From: a virus
Lineage: Duplodnaviria; Caudoviricetes
DNA length: 52,919 bases
IMG/VR virus record: IMGVR_UViG_3300022223_000005
Span: 1 to 52,919 of that record
Direction: 5' to 3' (one strand)
Under the pieces are notes generated by a model, which worked only from the letters and a program-made list of their open reading frames with translations, had not been told where the DNA came from and searched no databases. The position numbers were made by a program, and so were the translations under genes. Of this stretch, positions 39,460 through 48,224 are shown in pieces; position 1 is the stretch's first letter, and each line of letters starts with the position of its first letter.

Positions 39460-40031
39460 AATCCTAATAAATTTTCATATTCATATTCTGTTTTATCTGC
39501 ATTTTCAAAATCTGATTTGAAATGATCCAAGTAAGTCAATAGACTAACATAGCTTTTGCATTCATCGGATTGGTATTGGTCCAAAAACTCATTGTAAACA
39601 CGAATATATTTTCTGTTTGTGTTTGCTACCTCTGAATCTATTGATTTTCCAATTACCTCTCCAATTCCTGATAAGCGTGTACGCTTTGGGTCGATCCATT
39701 GAGAATAGACGAATTTAGCAAGTAATGATTCTTTTGATGTGCCTTGTGTGTATATCAACCCTCTCCAAGTATATGACTTTGATTCAAAAGTATATTTAGT
39801 ACCATTTACTACATTTAGCCATTTTTGAGGTGCTGTAGGGCTTAAAACCCCATCTTTGATGTTACTGTCAAGATCATCAAATAAATCATTGCCAAACGCG
39901 TCCTGTAAAAATACACGAACCTGTTCATCAATCCATAATTCAGTTACATTCAATCCGCCTGAAATATCTCTTTCAGTTGAGTTTGGTATAATTAAATCCT
40001 TGTTGAAATAAGTTTCGTCTATTATATACAT
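39456..40031 (-). CDS. putative head-tail connector
   Basis: MYIIDETYF start; position downstream of the capsid gene. Confidence 0.55.
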   Translation of the reverse strand: MYIIDETYFNKDLIIPNSTERDISGGLNVTELWIDEQVRVFLQDAFGNDLFDDLDSNIKDGVLSPTAPQKWLNVVNGTKYTFESKSYTWRGLIYTQGTSKESLLAKFVYSQWIDPKRTRLSGIGEVIGKSIDSEVANTNRKYIRVYNEFLDQYQSDECKSYVSLLTYLDHFKSDFENADKTEYEYENLLGF

Positions 40032-40487
40032 CTATTTGTTATTTTTAGGTTTTGGGCCTCTTTTCTTAGGCTTAACATCTTCCACAACCTTTTTAGGTTT
40101 ATTTGGTTCAACTGGATCGATTGGATCGATTGGATCGATTGGATCGATTGGATCGATTGGATTAACTGGATCAACTGCATCGATTGTATTAATAGCTTCA
40201 ACCGGGTCTATTGGCTCAACTTCAACGTTAATTTCAGTTGATTTTTTCAACTCTTCCAATTCGCCTTTAACTTTTAACGGTTCTTCTTGTGATGTGTCCA
40301 ATTGCCCTTTTAAAACAGGGTAATCTTTTACGATTTCATTTATTTCTTGTGACAACTCAGATTCATCAACCTCAATGTCGCCTTTAATAAATGTGCATTT
40401 CAATCCATATCTGGAAATCATCAACCTCATACGAGTATTGATGATTTCCAGTTTATCTTCTCTACCTTCAAAAATTAACTTTCCCAT
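40032..40487 (-). CDS. hypothetical protein with DPI repeats
   Basis: 9-bp GGATCGATT tandem repeat at about 40114-40160; basic KKRGPKPK tail. Confidence 0.6.
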   Translation of the reverse strand: MGKLIFEGREDKLEIINTRMRLMISRYGLKCTFIKGDIEVDESELSQEINEIVKDYPVLKGQLDTSQEEPLKVKGELEELKKSTEINVEVEPIDPVEAINTIDAVDPVNPIDPIDPIDPIDPIDPVEPNKPKKVVEDVKPKKRGPKPKNNK

Positions 40488-42052
40488 TATACCGCTATTG
40501 CTGGAATTGCTGTATCAAAATTACCTGTAACAAACATATATTTGTTATAAATAGGAAATAATACTTCTTCCTGTATAATGGCCTCAACTGTATTAGTCAA
40601 TTTTTCAGCCGTACTTTCAGAAAATTCAAGTGTTAACTCAGTAAATTGCCCAAGTGCTGCAGCCATAGCCCAATCCCCAACTGCAAATCTTCCTGAAGGC
40701 ATTGCAGTAGTCTCTACCACTGGAATCCCTGAAATAGATAAAACACCATTTTCAAGTCTGGTGACATCGATGTAATGCTCATCATTTCCTTTCAATGTCT
40801 CGATCTTTGTAGCATCAACTGGATTCAAAACAATACCAGTTGCCGTATGCTCCTGAACTGTAACCAATGTTTTTGCCACTTTCAAAACATCTATTTCCTG
40901 AGCGCTTGCAATTGAATCTTTAAATGGGCTTGAAACTGTAAAAGTTATTGCCCCGGTTGCTGTTGCTGTAAATGCTTGATCAATCAAAATCTGCTTTGGA
41001 CCTACGACAACAGCCTCAAACTCTGCGTTATAACCTGCTGTTGGTGAGTTTGCAAATGTTATTTTATCACCATTTTGAATTCTTTGATCTGCAGAAAAAT
41101 TAACGAGTGTTTTTGCTCCTGAATCATATGTTTCAATGGATGATACGGAACCAGGCGCGCCAACAACTGCCGTATTTATTAAAGTAGTAAAATCCTGTGC
41201 TACTTTAAATATTCCCTCAACATTATCACCTTGACCATCACCATGTAAAAACTGGAAATCTTCAAAATAACGAACTAATGATGGCAATTTTTGAGTCAAG
41301 TGACCTAAAACGAAGCTTCTGGATTTTAGCATTCTCTTAGAAAGCTTAACATGTGTCCCTATTCTTTTAACGTCCACCTGCTTTTCCCTCATTTTAAAAG
41401 CGCTTTCTGTTAGCTCTCCATTCTCACCTATGGTCGTCACACTTCTATCCCAGTCATAAACCTCTGTAAACGCCAAAAAAGGTAGATCCGCAGGCTGAAC
41501 AGTCAAAAGATCACGTATATTCAAACGAGTTGTTTGAGGCTCGTCTACAACTCTAGAATCCCTAGATGTAATAAATACACGACTATTCCCCGTGTAATCA
41601 TCGGTAATTGAAACAGTTTTCAAGTTGAAACTTGCTTTCTTCTTTCCGTTTGATTCTACGAAATCCTTAAATTCCTCAGTGTCCAATATTGCCTCAACTT
41701 CGCTTTTAAAAGATGCGGAAGAACCTTGAACGCCTCCACCTTCTTCAAGCTTTGTGATTTTCGCACCTTGATCCTTTATGATTTGCTCATATTTCTCAAT
41801 AAAATCGTTGTATTTCTTGGCGTCTAATTCTTTTAAGCTGTCTGTTAATTCTTTGATTTTTTCGTCAAACATAGCTTTATCTATCATTCCGGCTTTTAAT
41901 TCAGCACCAAGACTTTTAAATTCATCTCTAATAGACTTTAGTTTGTTCTCATTGTACTCTGATTGGTATTTTGCCAAATCTTCAACGGACAAGGATTTAA
42001 TGGTTTCATCGGTGAAACCTTTTGTTTTTAGATATTCGTGAAATGGATTCAT
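40487..42052 (-). CDS. major capsid protein (HK97 fold with delta domain)
   Basis: Coiled-coil N-terminus; LNIRDLL, FLHGDGQGDNVEGI, VLNPVDA..LK, ISGIPVVETTAMP..VGDW. Confidence 0.9.
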   Translation of the reverse strand: MNPFHEYLKTKGFTDETIKSLSVEDLAKYQSEYNENKLKSIRDEFKSLGAELKAGMIDKAMFDEKIKELTDSLKELDAKKYNDFIEKYEQIIKDQGAKITKLEEGGGVQGSSASFKSEVEAILDTEEFKDFVESNGKKKASFNLKTVSITDDYTGNSRVFITSRDSRVVDEPQTTRLNIRDLLTVQPADLPFLAFTEVYDWDRSVTTIGENGELTESAFKMREKQVDVKRIGTHVKLSKRMLKSRSFVLGHLTQKLPSLVRYFEDFQFLHGDGQGDNVEGIFKVAQDFTTLINTAVVGAPGSVSSIETYDSGAKTLVNFSADQRIQNGDKITFANSPTAGYNAEFEAVVVGPKQILIDQAFTATATGAITFTVSSPFKDSIASAQEIDVLKVAKTLVTVQEHTATGIVLNPVDATKIETLKGNDEHYIDVTRLENGVLSISGIPVVETTAMPSGRFAVGDWAMAAALGQFTELTLEFSESTAEKLTNTVEAIIQEEVLFPIYNKYMFVTGNFDTAIPAIAV

Positions 42053-42059
42053 TTTTGTT

Positions 42060-42932
42060 TTAATTTAGATTTAGTAAATATTTTTGTTTGTCTTCAAGTG
42101 CTTTTTTAGCGGCTTGTTTGTTTTTATCTTCAAGTGCTTTTATAGCGGCTTGATCTATTTCATTTTTATTTTGTGGCTCTGGTTCAATCTGTCCAGTAGT
42201 ACTATTACTTCCAAAAAGAACAAGAGAGCTTTCACTTGTGTTCTTTGCTTCTTTTACTATCCAGAAATAACTTATTTCGCCATTAGCATCCTCATATTCA
42301 TCTTTATTAGATATTTCTGAAATGTATCTATCAAAATTGGCCTTTAACTCCTTATCTTCTTCTAAAATACTATTCATTGCAAATTCAATGATAACATACT
42401 GCATTCTCACACTAGCTTCAATAGCATAGTCATTATCTAGAAAATCTTTAGCCAAAGGATTCATTTTATCTTTTCTTATTTTGTAAATCAAAGCCTCAGT
42501 ATTTCCTTGGTAAGATTTTCCCAATAATGAAAAAGGAATTTCAGATACAAACATGTCCACATCTTCTTTTTTTGCTAATGTAGTAACTAGGCTTAAAACG
42601 TGTGTATCAACCAAATAGTTTTTAAACCTTCTTTCCTTACTTGTTTTGTTCCATATGCCTTTTACGTGCAAATCTCTATGACTGTCTAGTATTCCAGTGG
42701 TATTAACTACTATGTAATAGTAATTATCATCTTCAAAATCTTGTTTACAAGGGTGATTTGAATTAATCTTTGAAGCATCCAAACATTTTGCTTTTACGCT
42801 TGAATCCTTTTCAACTGATTTTTGTATCAAAGACTTTTTTAAACCTATAATATCTTTAAAAGACTTTCGTAAGGCACTAAACATTGATTGTTTTGTTTCA
42901 AAGCTTTTATCTAATTCCTTGCAGTATATCAT
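42060..42932 (-). CDS. putative prohead protease
   Basis: Between portal and capsid; LDSHRD, H, EASV and ESSLVLFGSN motifs. Confidence 0.65.
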   Translation of the reverse strand: MIYCKELDKSFETKQSMFSALRKSFKDIIGLKKSLIQKSVEKDSSVKAKCLDASKINSNHPCKQDFEDDNYYYIVVNTTGILDSHRDLHVKGIWNKTSKERRFKNYLVDTHVLSLVTTLAKKEDVDMFVSEIPFSLLGKSYQGNTEALIYKIRKDKMNPLAKDFLDNDYAIEASVRMQYVIIEFAMNSILEEDKELKANFDRYISEISNKDEYEDANGEISYFWIVKEAKNTSESSLVLFGSNSTTGQIEPEPQNKNEIDQAAIKALEDKNKQAAKKALEDKQKYLLNLN

Positions 42933-43046
42933 TTTAAAACGTCTTTAGAACCCGTTATGGATTTTATTTTTTTGTCAATTTCTTTTTTCAACTCAGGTTT
43001 TCGGCTCGCAACGTCCTTCATCTGTTTAATTTTCGGATTATTTTCA

Positions 43047-44453
43047 CTAATTGTTTTCATTGTCATTTGTGTTTTGTCTTGATGCGCTTGTCTGTTTGTT
43101 TATTGCCATAAGTTGTTCCGGTGACAAATCCCATATATGAAGCTCACCTATTTCATCATTGTTTTCTAGATCCATACATGAAAGAACATAATTATAGTTA
43201 ACCGCACCCATTCTAAAAGCTTTTTCTGCTGCTTCAATGCTTATTTTCTTTGTTTCAGATGTTTCTTTCTTGTTTTTCTGAAGAACCTCAACATGATCAA
43301 ATGATCCAACAAGTCTTATCCCGTGTTCTTCTAATCTTAAAAACTTATTTAATGCTTCATCATCTGCTTCTGATTCAGGAATTATAGTCGAATCATATAG
43401 TCTTTTTTCTGCTGCTGATGCGTTTTCAAAAGTTGCACCTGTTACATATTGCTTAACTAATAATTCAGGAACTCCATATGCAGTTGCTACAGTTATGGCA
43501 TTTGCTTCTATTTCTTCAAAAAGTTTTAATTCATCGACATTAAATCCTGTCTTTTGATACTCCATTGGCTGTCTAGAAAGAAAAAATGAGTGTTGATCAT
43601 CTTTCATTCCATATTTTCTGAAATCCTTTTGTGTTTGTTTAACCTCTTCTTTTGTCATTGGAATGTTTCCAACTGCCGGATCAGTTTTTTTAGCGCTCAA
43701 CATTCCTGTTGGACCTCTACGATGTATTAAGATATTTCTGCTTTCATACGCCCCTTGAATATTTGAAATAGGGCGCTGTAATGCAACAAGTTTGGATTCT
43801 CCAAGAACAAAAGACGAATTTAAATCAAGATTTGTTTCTGAGTTTTTAAGAATAAACTCAGAATTTATTTTGTTTATATCTCCATTTATAGCTGTGAATT
43901 GGTATTCTGAAATAATTTCACTTGTTGAGGTTGCTGTCAACCATTTTCCAGTTAAAACAACTGCAATTTTATCTGGGTGTAACGTGTTTAAAGCTAAAAT
44001 ATCTTTATAATCGAAAAACTTTTCGAAACCAGAAGGAAATGAAGCATATTGAAATGAATTACCAAATACATAGTAATTTATTTTGTTTTGCTTCAAGTAC
44101 TTCTTTCCGGAACCTTGTAATGGATTTGGGCTATTTATTAATCTTTTCAACGCCCCTCTATCTTTGTCATAGTCTCTTAACAGTACTTTCTCGCCTGTTT
44201 CTAGGTCCTCAACAAAATATTTCTTATTTGAATATGCCGTAGCTTTTATATCGATTATAGCCTGTACTATTGGGTTTGTTCTAAATACTTTTAGCAAATA
44301 ACGATCTGTTGAGACTTTTGTATAAACAGGTACTCCAGACGCTATAAATGTATTTGCCGCAAAAGAATAAGGCAAATTAGTTTCAAAGTCTGTTTCTATA
44401 GGCGCTTTAACAGTGTCTTTGCTTTTATTAGTAAAAAAATCTCTAAAACCCAT
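43047..44453 (-). CDS. portal protein
   Basis: FGNSF, GESKL, AYGVPELL, ATFENA; HK97-like portal. Confidence 0.9.
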   Translation of the reverse strand: MGFRDFFTNKSKDTVKAPIETDFETNLPYSFAANTFIASGVPVYTKVSTDRYLLKVFRTNPIVQAIIDIKATAYSNKKYFVEDLETGEKVLLRDYDKDRGALKRLINSPNPLQGSGKKYLKQNKINYYVFGNSFQYASFPSGFEKFFDYKDILALNTLHPDKIAVVLTGKWLTATSTSEIISEYQFTAINGDINKINSEFILKNSETNLDLNSSFVLGESKLVALQRPISNIQGAYESRNILIHRRGPTGMLSAKKTDPAVGNIPMTKEEVKQTQKDFRKYGMKDDQHSFFLSRQPMEYQKTGFNVDELKLFEEIEANAITVATAYGVPELLVKQYVTGATFENASAAEKRLYDSTIIPESEADDEALNKFLRLEEHGIRLVGSFDHVEVLQKNKKETSETKKISIEAAEKAFRMGAVNYNYVLSCMDLENNDEIGELHIWDLSPEQLMAINKQTSASRQNTNDNENN

Positions 44454-44935
44454 GTTTTTTTGATTAAAAAAAATCGTTATATTTTCAAATATAGGTATTT
44501 ATAATTATTTATATTTATTATAAATAGCGTTTTAGAGTGGAATTTTGTATTATTGCTGTGTGGGACTCTCTGAAATGTCGCAATAAATAAAGTCAGAAGC
44601 TTGGCATAGTACTAAAAACCAACGCCATAACATCGTTATAATGTTATGGCGTTTTTTGTTTGAATACCATTAATAATTTAATTAACAATCTATTAATAGT
44701 GTTTTAATTTGTATTTTTTTAGTGTGTTTATGTATTATGTTTAATAGTCTATTTCTTTATTTTTTAAATGGGATTATTCTATTGACCCTGTGCAATTCCT
44801 TCATCCATTGTATATGATTTACAGCGAAATCAATTAAATCAATTGGTTTTTTGTCTTTAACCCTTCTGAAGCACTCAATTTCAACTATCAAAATTAAATA
44901 TATGAGTTTTATTTTGTGCTGTTTTTCTTCGATTG

Positions 44936-45292
44936 TCATTTGGAAAGTATGGTTATTATCTTAAAATCTTGTACTACAATTACATTTTTACCAAATTTAA
45001 ATTTTCCATATCCTCCTAGATCAACTATTAACCTGGTTAAATCTTCTGTTAATATTTGTTTTTTTATTAAATCCAAGTCAAAATCAAGTATTCTATCGAA
45101 ATATCTTACAAAAGCATGATCTGTAATTTCAATCTGGTCTTTGCCATTCAATATTCTTTCCTGTCTTTTTAGTTTTTTGAGTACATTCCTAGATTTAATG
45201 TACTCTTTATGTGCTGAAACGTGTTTTATTTTATTTATGTCTTTTTCAATTTCTGCATTTTCTATTTTTTTGTTCAAATTTTTTAAATTCAT
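44936..45292 (-). CDS. hypothetical protein with TDHAxxRY motif
   Basis: Coiled coil plus ITDHAFVRY..IITIL (possibly RelE/DUF4258-like). Confidence 0.55.
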   Translation of the reverse strand: MNLKNLNKKIENAEIEKDINKIKHVSAHKEYIKSRNVLKKLKRQERILNGKDQIEITDHAFVRYFDRILDFDLDLIKKQILTEDLTRLIVDLGGYGKFKFGKNVIVVQDFKIITILSK

Positions 45293-45353
45293 TTTTGTTT
45301 TTTTTCGTTAAAATTTTCGTTGGCCTTTTGTATTGCTGCTTTTCTTGCTTCTT

Positions 45354-45390
45354 TTGACACTCCCCCACCTAAAGACTGGGGGAGTGTCAA
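45354..45390. mobile_element. 37-bp palindromic IS-end minielement (RE/RE)
   Basis: TTGACACTCCCCCA-CCTAAAGAC-TGGGGGAGTGTCAA with 14-bp perfect arms. Confidence 0.85.
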
Positions 45391-45430
45391 AGATTTTACG
45401 CACTTGTATATATATTGGAGTTAGCTGCAA

Positions 45431-45799
45431 TTAATTTTTTACGATTTCGCATTCCATAAGTCCGTCATAATTTGCTAACCTTTCGCTTAAAAATCCCCCA
45501 ATACTTTCCCATACATCATCAGTCCATCCCTCTTTCAAAATGGTTCTAAATTCATAGAAAGTATCAAAGTCCGTGTCTTGTATAAAAAAGCATCCAGAAT
45601 TTAGTAATAGTTTGCCTTTTCCGTTTACTTCTAAATCAAAGTACTTGTCTTTAAAGTAAGAGTCACCAAAGTAGGCTACAAAAAAACCATTTTGAACCCT
45701 TGCTATCTTCCAATCAAAGTCATTTTCATCTTGGTACGTATGGCATTCTTGGTATTGTTCCGTATTGGGAAATTTTTCGATGGGCATTGAGTATATCAT
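45431..45799 (-). CDS. hypothetical protein (cassette-like)
   Basis: 122 aa; bounded by GTTAGCTG/CAGCTAAC. Confidence 0.6.
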   Translation of the reverse strand: MIYSMPIEKFPNTEQYQECHTYQDENDFDWKIARVQNGFFVAYFGDSYFKDKYFDLEVNGKGKLLLNSGCFFIQDTDFDTFYEFRTILKEGWTDDVWESIGGFLSERLANYDGLMECEIVKN

Positions 45800-45921
45800 A
45801 ATAAAAAAATTAACAGTTCGCTTCGACAGCTAACAATGTGTATAAAAAATATCCTAATTAAGTTTTGTAATAAAAGGCTCGTTACTTAACCGAAGAAAAA
45901 CAAAAAGCCTTCAACACGTGC

Positions 45922-46173
45922 TTACTCTTGCTTAATAAAAACCGTTTTAGTCATATCTAACCAGACTGGTGGTTGTGTATTTCCAGAGTTTATACCTAGC
46001 CATAATTTTCCGTGAAACAAGAATTTAAGTCTTTTCCAAAATGGAACAGTCCATAAAGAAATGCATTCGCCATTTTCAGACCTATACACCCATAAACTTC
46101 CACATTCTTCATCTGACATAGATGCAGGTTTTTTTAATTCAATGTGGGCTTCTTCAAAATGTAATGGTTTCAT
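45922..46173 (-). CDS. hypothetical phage protein
   Basis: ECGSLWV..CISLW..RLKFLFHGKLWL..QPPV. Confidence 0.65.
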   Translation of the reverse strand: MKPLHFEEAHIELKKPASMSDEECGSLWVYRSENGECISLWTVPFWKRLKFLFHGKLWLGINSGNTQPPVWLDMTKTVFIKQE

Positions 46174-46175
46174 AA

Positions 46176-46424
46176 TTAGTTTTGTTTGTGAGTTTCGTTC
46201 ATAAAAAATTGTCCTACTTGAGTAATCATATTATCAAGAGTTTTAAATGCTTCATCGTCAGATAATGCAGAAATGTCATTTTGTAAAAGCATTAATAATT
46301 GTCCAAAAGCACCGTAAAAAACTCTTTTAGTTTCAACTCTTTGTACTGTTGGCATTTTGCTTTCATCTAACTTCATTCTTTGTAAATAAAGTTTGTACTG
46401 GTTTTCAATGTTAAATTTGCTCAT
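46176..46424 (-). CDS. hypothetical protein
   Basis: MSKFNIENQY start. Confidence 0.55.
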   Translation of the reverse strand: MSKFNIENQYKLYLQRMKLDESKMPTVQRVETKRVFYGAFGQLLMLLQNDISALSDDEAFKTLDNMITQVGQFFMNETHKQN

Positions 46425-46484
46425 AATTGTAAATATTTGGCGAAGCCATTTGCCCACGCTCTTTTTTGTTTTTAGTTGTATTTA

Positions 46485-46529
46485 TTGACACTCCCCCACC
46501 TAAAGTGAGGGGGTTTTTCGAAGACGGTG
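46485..46529 (-). mobile_element. 45-bp single-hairpin LE/RE hybrid minielement (PATE-like)
   Basis: Minus strand TTAT|CACCGTCTTCGAAAAA-CCCCCTCACTTTAGGTGGGGG-AGTGTCAA. Confidence 0.85.
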
Positions 46530-46671
46530 ATAAGTTCGTTCTGTCTTGTTTTAATTTTTCAATCTTATGTTTTAATTCCATAGTTTTTGCATATTTAAAA
46601 CACAAATCTACAAATTTAAATTTGATTTTTTATTAATTTATAATAATTAAAGTCAAATGCAATCATAATTG

Positions 46672-46732
46672 TATTAGTATTTTTTATATATTTGTAATCT
46701 CGAAAAGAGATAACCAATCTTTCGATTTTTTT
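46672..46732 (+). promoter_or_regulatory. promoter and 5' hairpin module of omegaRNA cassette 2
   Basis: Identical to 8081-8141; TATATTTG at 46687-46694. Confidence 0.7.
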
Positions 46733-46733
46733 T

Positions 46734-46850
46734 AACATTTTGGTTCGGGCAGAGCCAATGTTCGTTAACGTGGTGCATTAGCACGAGCGTTGAGCAAGAA
46801 TCCACTAGTATTTAGATTGTGGAGTGTCAAATATTTGTACAATGATTGAT
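46734..46850 (+). ncRNA. stand-alone TnpB omegaRNA copy 2 (guide about ATATTTGTACAATGATTGAT)
   Basis: 46734-46803 identical to 26327-26396; variant hairpin and GTGTCAA ending at 46830. Confidence 0.8.
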
Positions 46851-47120
46851 AAAAACACACCATTATTAAGACTAAAAAAAATACTAAAAGAAAAAGGTAT
46901 TAAATCAGTGGACTTTGCTAAACAAATCGGAGTCACGGAAAACACTGTATCAAATATCAATAATGGGAAAACGTTGCCGAAAATTCAACTACTTGTCAAA
47001 ATTGCAAATGTGTTAAACGTTGATATTAGGGATTTGTTTAATCCTACAAAGAATGTAACGACTAAGGATTTAATTAATAAAGGTAAAAATATATTTAATC
47101 AACTGGAACAGAAAATATAA
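46842..47120 (+). CDS. XRE-family HTH regulator
   Basis: LRLKKILKEKGIKSVDFAKQIGVT..LVKIANVLNVDIRDLF; ATG at 46842. Confidence 0.85.
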   Translation: MIDKNTPLLRLKKILKEKGIKSVDFAKQIGVTENTVSNINNGKTLPKIQLLVKIANVLNVDIRDLFNPTKNVTTKDLINKGKNIFNQLEQKI

Positions 47121-47257
47121 TCCAAATAAGCGCAAAATATATTAATTTCTTCGTTTTTTGAAGTGGAATTGTTTGGGATGTTTGTTCTACTTTTTTTTCG
47201 ACTTTAGATTTAGAGTGTATTGTTGAAAATAATTAATATAGCTTATTTGGGTTCTTA

Positions 47258-47302
47258 AAAAAGCCGCTTGACATTTTAAAAATGTTTTAAGCGGCTTTTT
47301 TC
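47258..47302. terminator. bidirectional terminator
   Basis: AAAAAGCCGCTT..AAGCGGCTTTTTT between convergent genes. Confidence 0.75.
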
Positions 47303-47320
47303 ATCAACATAGGTATGTTT

Positions 47321-47860
47321 TTAGTTTTCAATTCCGTTAAATAGAAAGAAAAGTTTCATAGTTGCTTCAGTATCTCCCATCGCTCTATGCGGATTATTAT
47401 TTACTATTCCAAAATGATTAAGCAATACCGGTAATGAATTGCTAGATGTACCAATATCCATTTTCCTTGCAGATTCTAAAGTGCAATAGTATTGCTGAAA
47501 CACAAAAGGATAATCAAATGATCTTAGAAAATATTCAGTCCATTTTTTATCCATATTCAATACATTGTGACCAATTATACATCGTACATTATTGTCTAAA
47601 AGAATCTTTTGTATATCTCTTGCGGCCATATCTGCTTGTATGCCATTTTTTAATTGACTCATAGATATACCATTTACATTCATAGCTTTAACATTATACA
47701 CGACTGGTTTTCCATTAAAACGCGATATGTACGGCTTTATAAGAGCTTCATATCGTGTAACCTCTTTAAATTCACTATCCAATACTATAACTGCTATTTC
47801 ACACAATGCGTTTGTTTTAACATTAAACCCTCCAGTTTCGACATCTATTACTGCATACAT
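47321..47860 (-). CDS. DEDDh 3'-5' exonuclease (DnaQ-like)
   Basis: VIDVETGG, GHNV..D, HRAMGD; start MYAVID at 47860 (the ORF-track extension runs through the MITE). Confidence 0.9.
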   Translation of the reverse strand: MYAVIDVETGGFNVKTNALCEIAVIVLDSEFKEVTRYEALIKPYISRFNGKPVVYNVKAMNVNGISMSQLKNGIQADMAARDIQKILLDNNVRCIIGHNVLNMDKKWTEYFLRSFDYPFVFQQYYCTLESARKMDIGTSSNSLPVLLNHFGIVNNNPHRAMGDTEATMKLFFLFNGIEN

Positions 47861-47880
47861 ATTTTTTTGTTTTAGTTTAT

Positions 47881-48031
47881 CACCGTCTTCGAAAAACCCC
47901 CTCACTTCAGGAGGGGGATAAAAGAATGACATATTTAGTTTTGGTTCGGGCAGAACCAATGTTCGTTAACGTGGTGCATTAGCACGAGCGTTGGGCAAGA
48001 ATCCCCCAGTCTTTAGGTGGGGGAGTGTCAA
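47881..48031 (+). mobile_element. 151-bp non-autonomous IS200/IS605 derivative (left end plus omegaRNA/right end)
   Basis: TTAT|CACCGTCTTCGAAAAA-CCCCCTCACTTCAGGAGGGGG-ATAAAAGAATGACA joined to the scaffold and right end; ATAAAAGAATGACA is shared with 24759-24772. Confidence 0.88.
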
Positions 48032-48051
48032 GTTATTGAAATTATTTATTT
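47939..48051 (+). ncRNA. omegaRNA copy 3 (guide about GTTATTGAAATTATTTATTT)
   Basis: Scaffold with two substitutions (GAACCAA, TTGGGCAA), both compatible with base pairing. Confidence 0.65.
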
Positions 48052-48224
48052 TTTTCATCATCATTAACCATTTCAATGAAGTTAATGAAGAAAAACGATA
48101 ATATGGCCAGTATAACCATGGATATAACTGAGAATTTCCCTATGCTATAAGATGTTGCTGAAATTATAAATATTATCAAGCAAAATCTTACCAGGGCTAT
48201 TTTTATTAGTTTTTTGTTTTTCAT
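48042..48224 (-). CDS. small membrane protein
   Basis: Two hydrophobic segments. Confidence 0.45.
   Translation of the reverse strand: MKNKKLIKIALVRFCLIIFIISATSYSIGKFSVISMVILAILSFFFINFIEMVNDDEKNK

Noticed and set aside
42085-42152. Short direct repeat near the protease 3' end
   Set aside because: Coding duplication (QAAxKALEDK) with no sign of separate function
47861-47959. N-terminal extension of the exonuclease in the ORF track
   Set aside because: It is read through the MITE on the opposite strand; the DEDD domain starts at 47860
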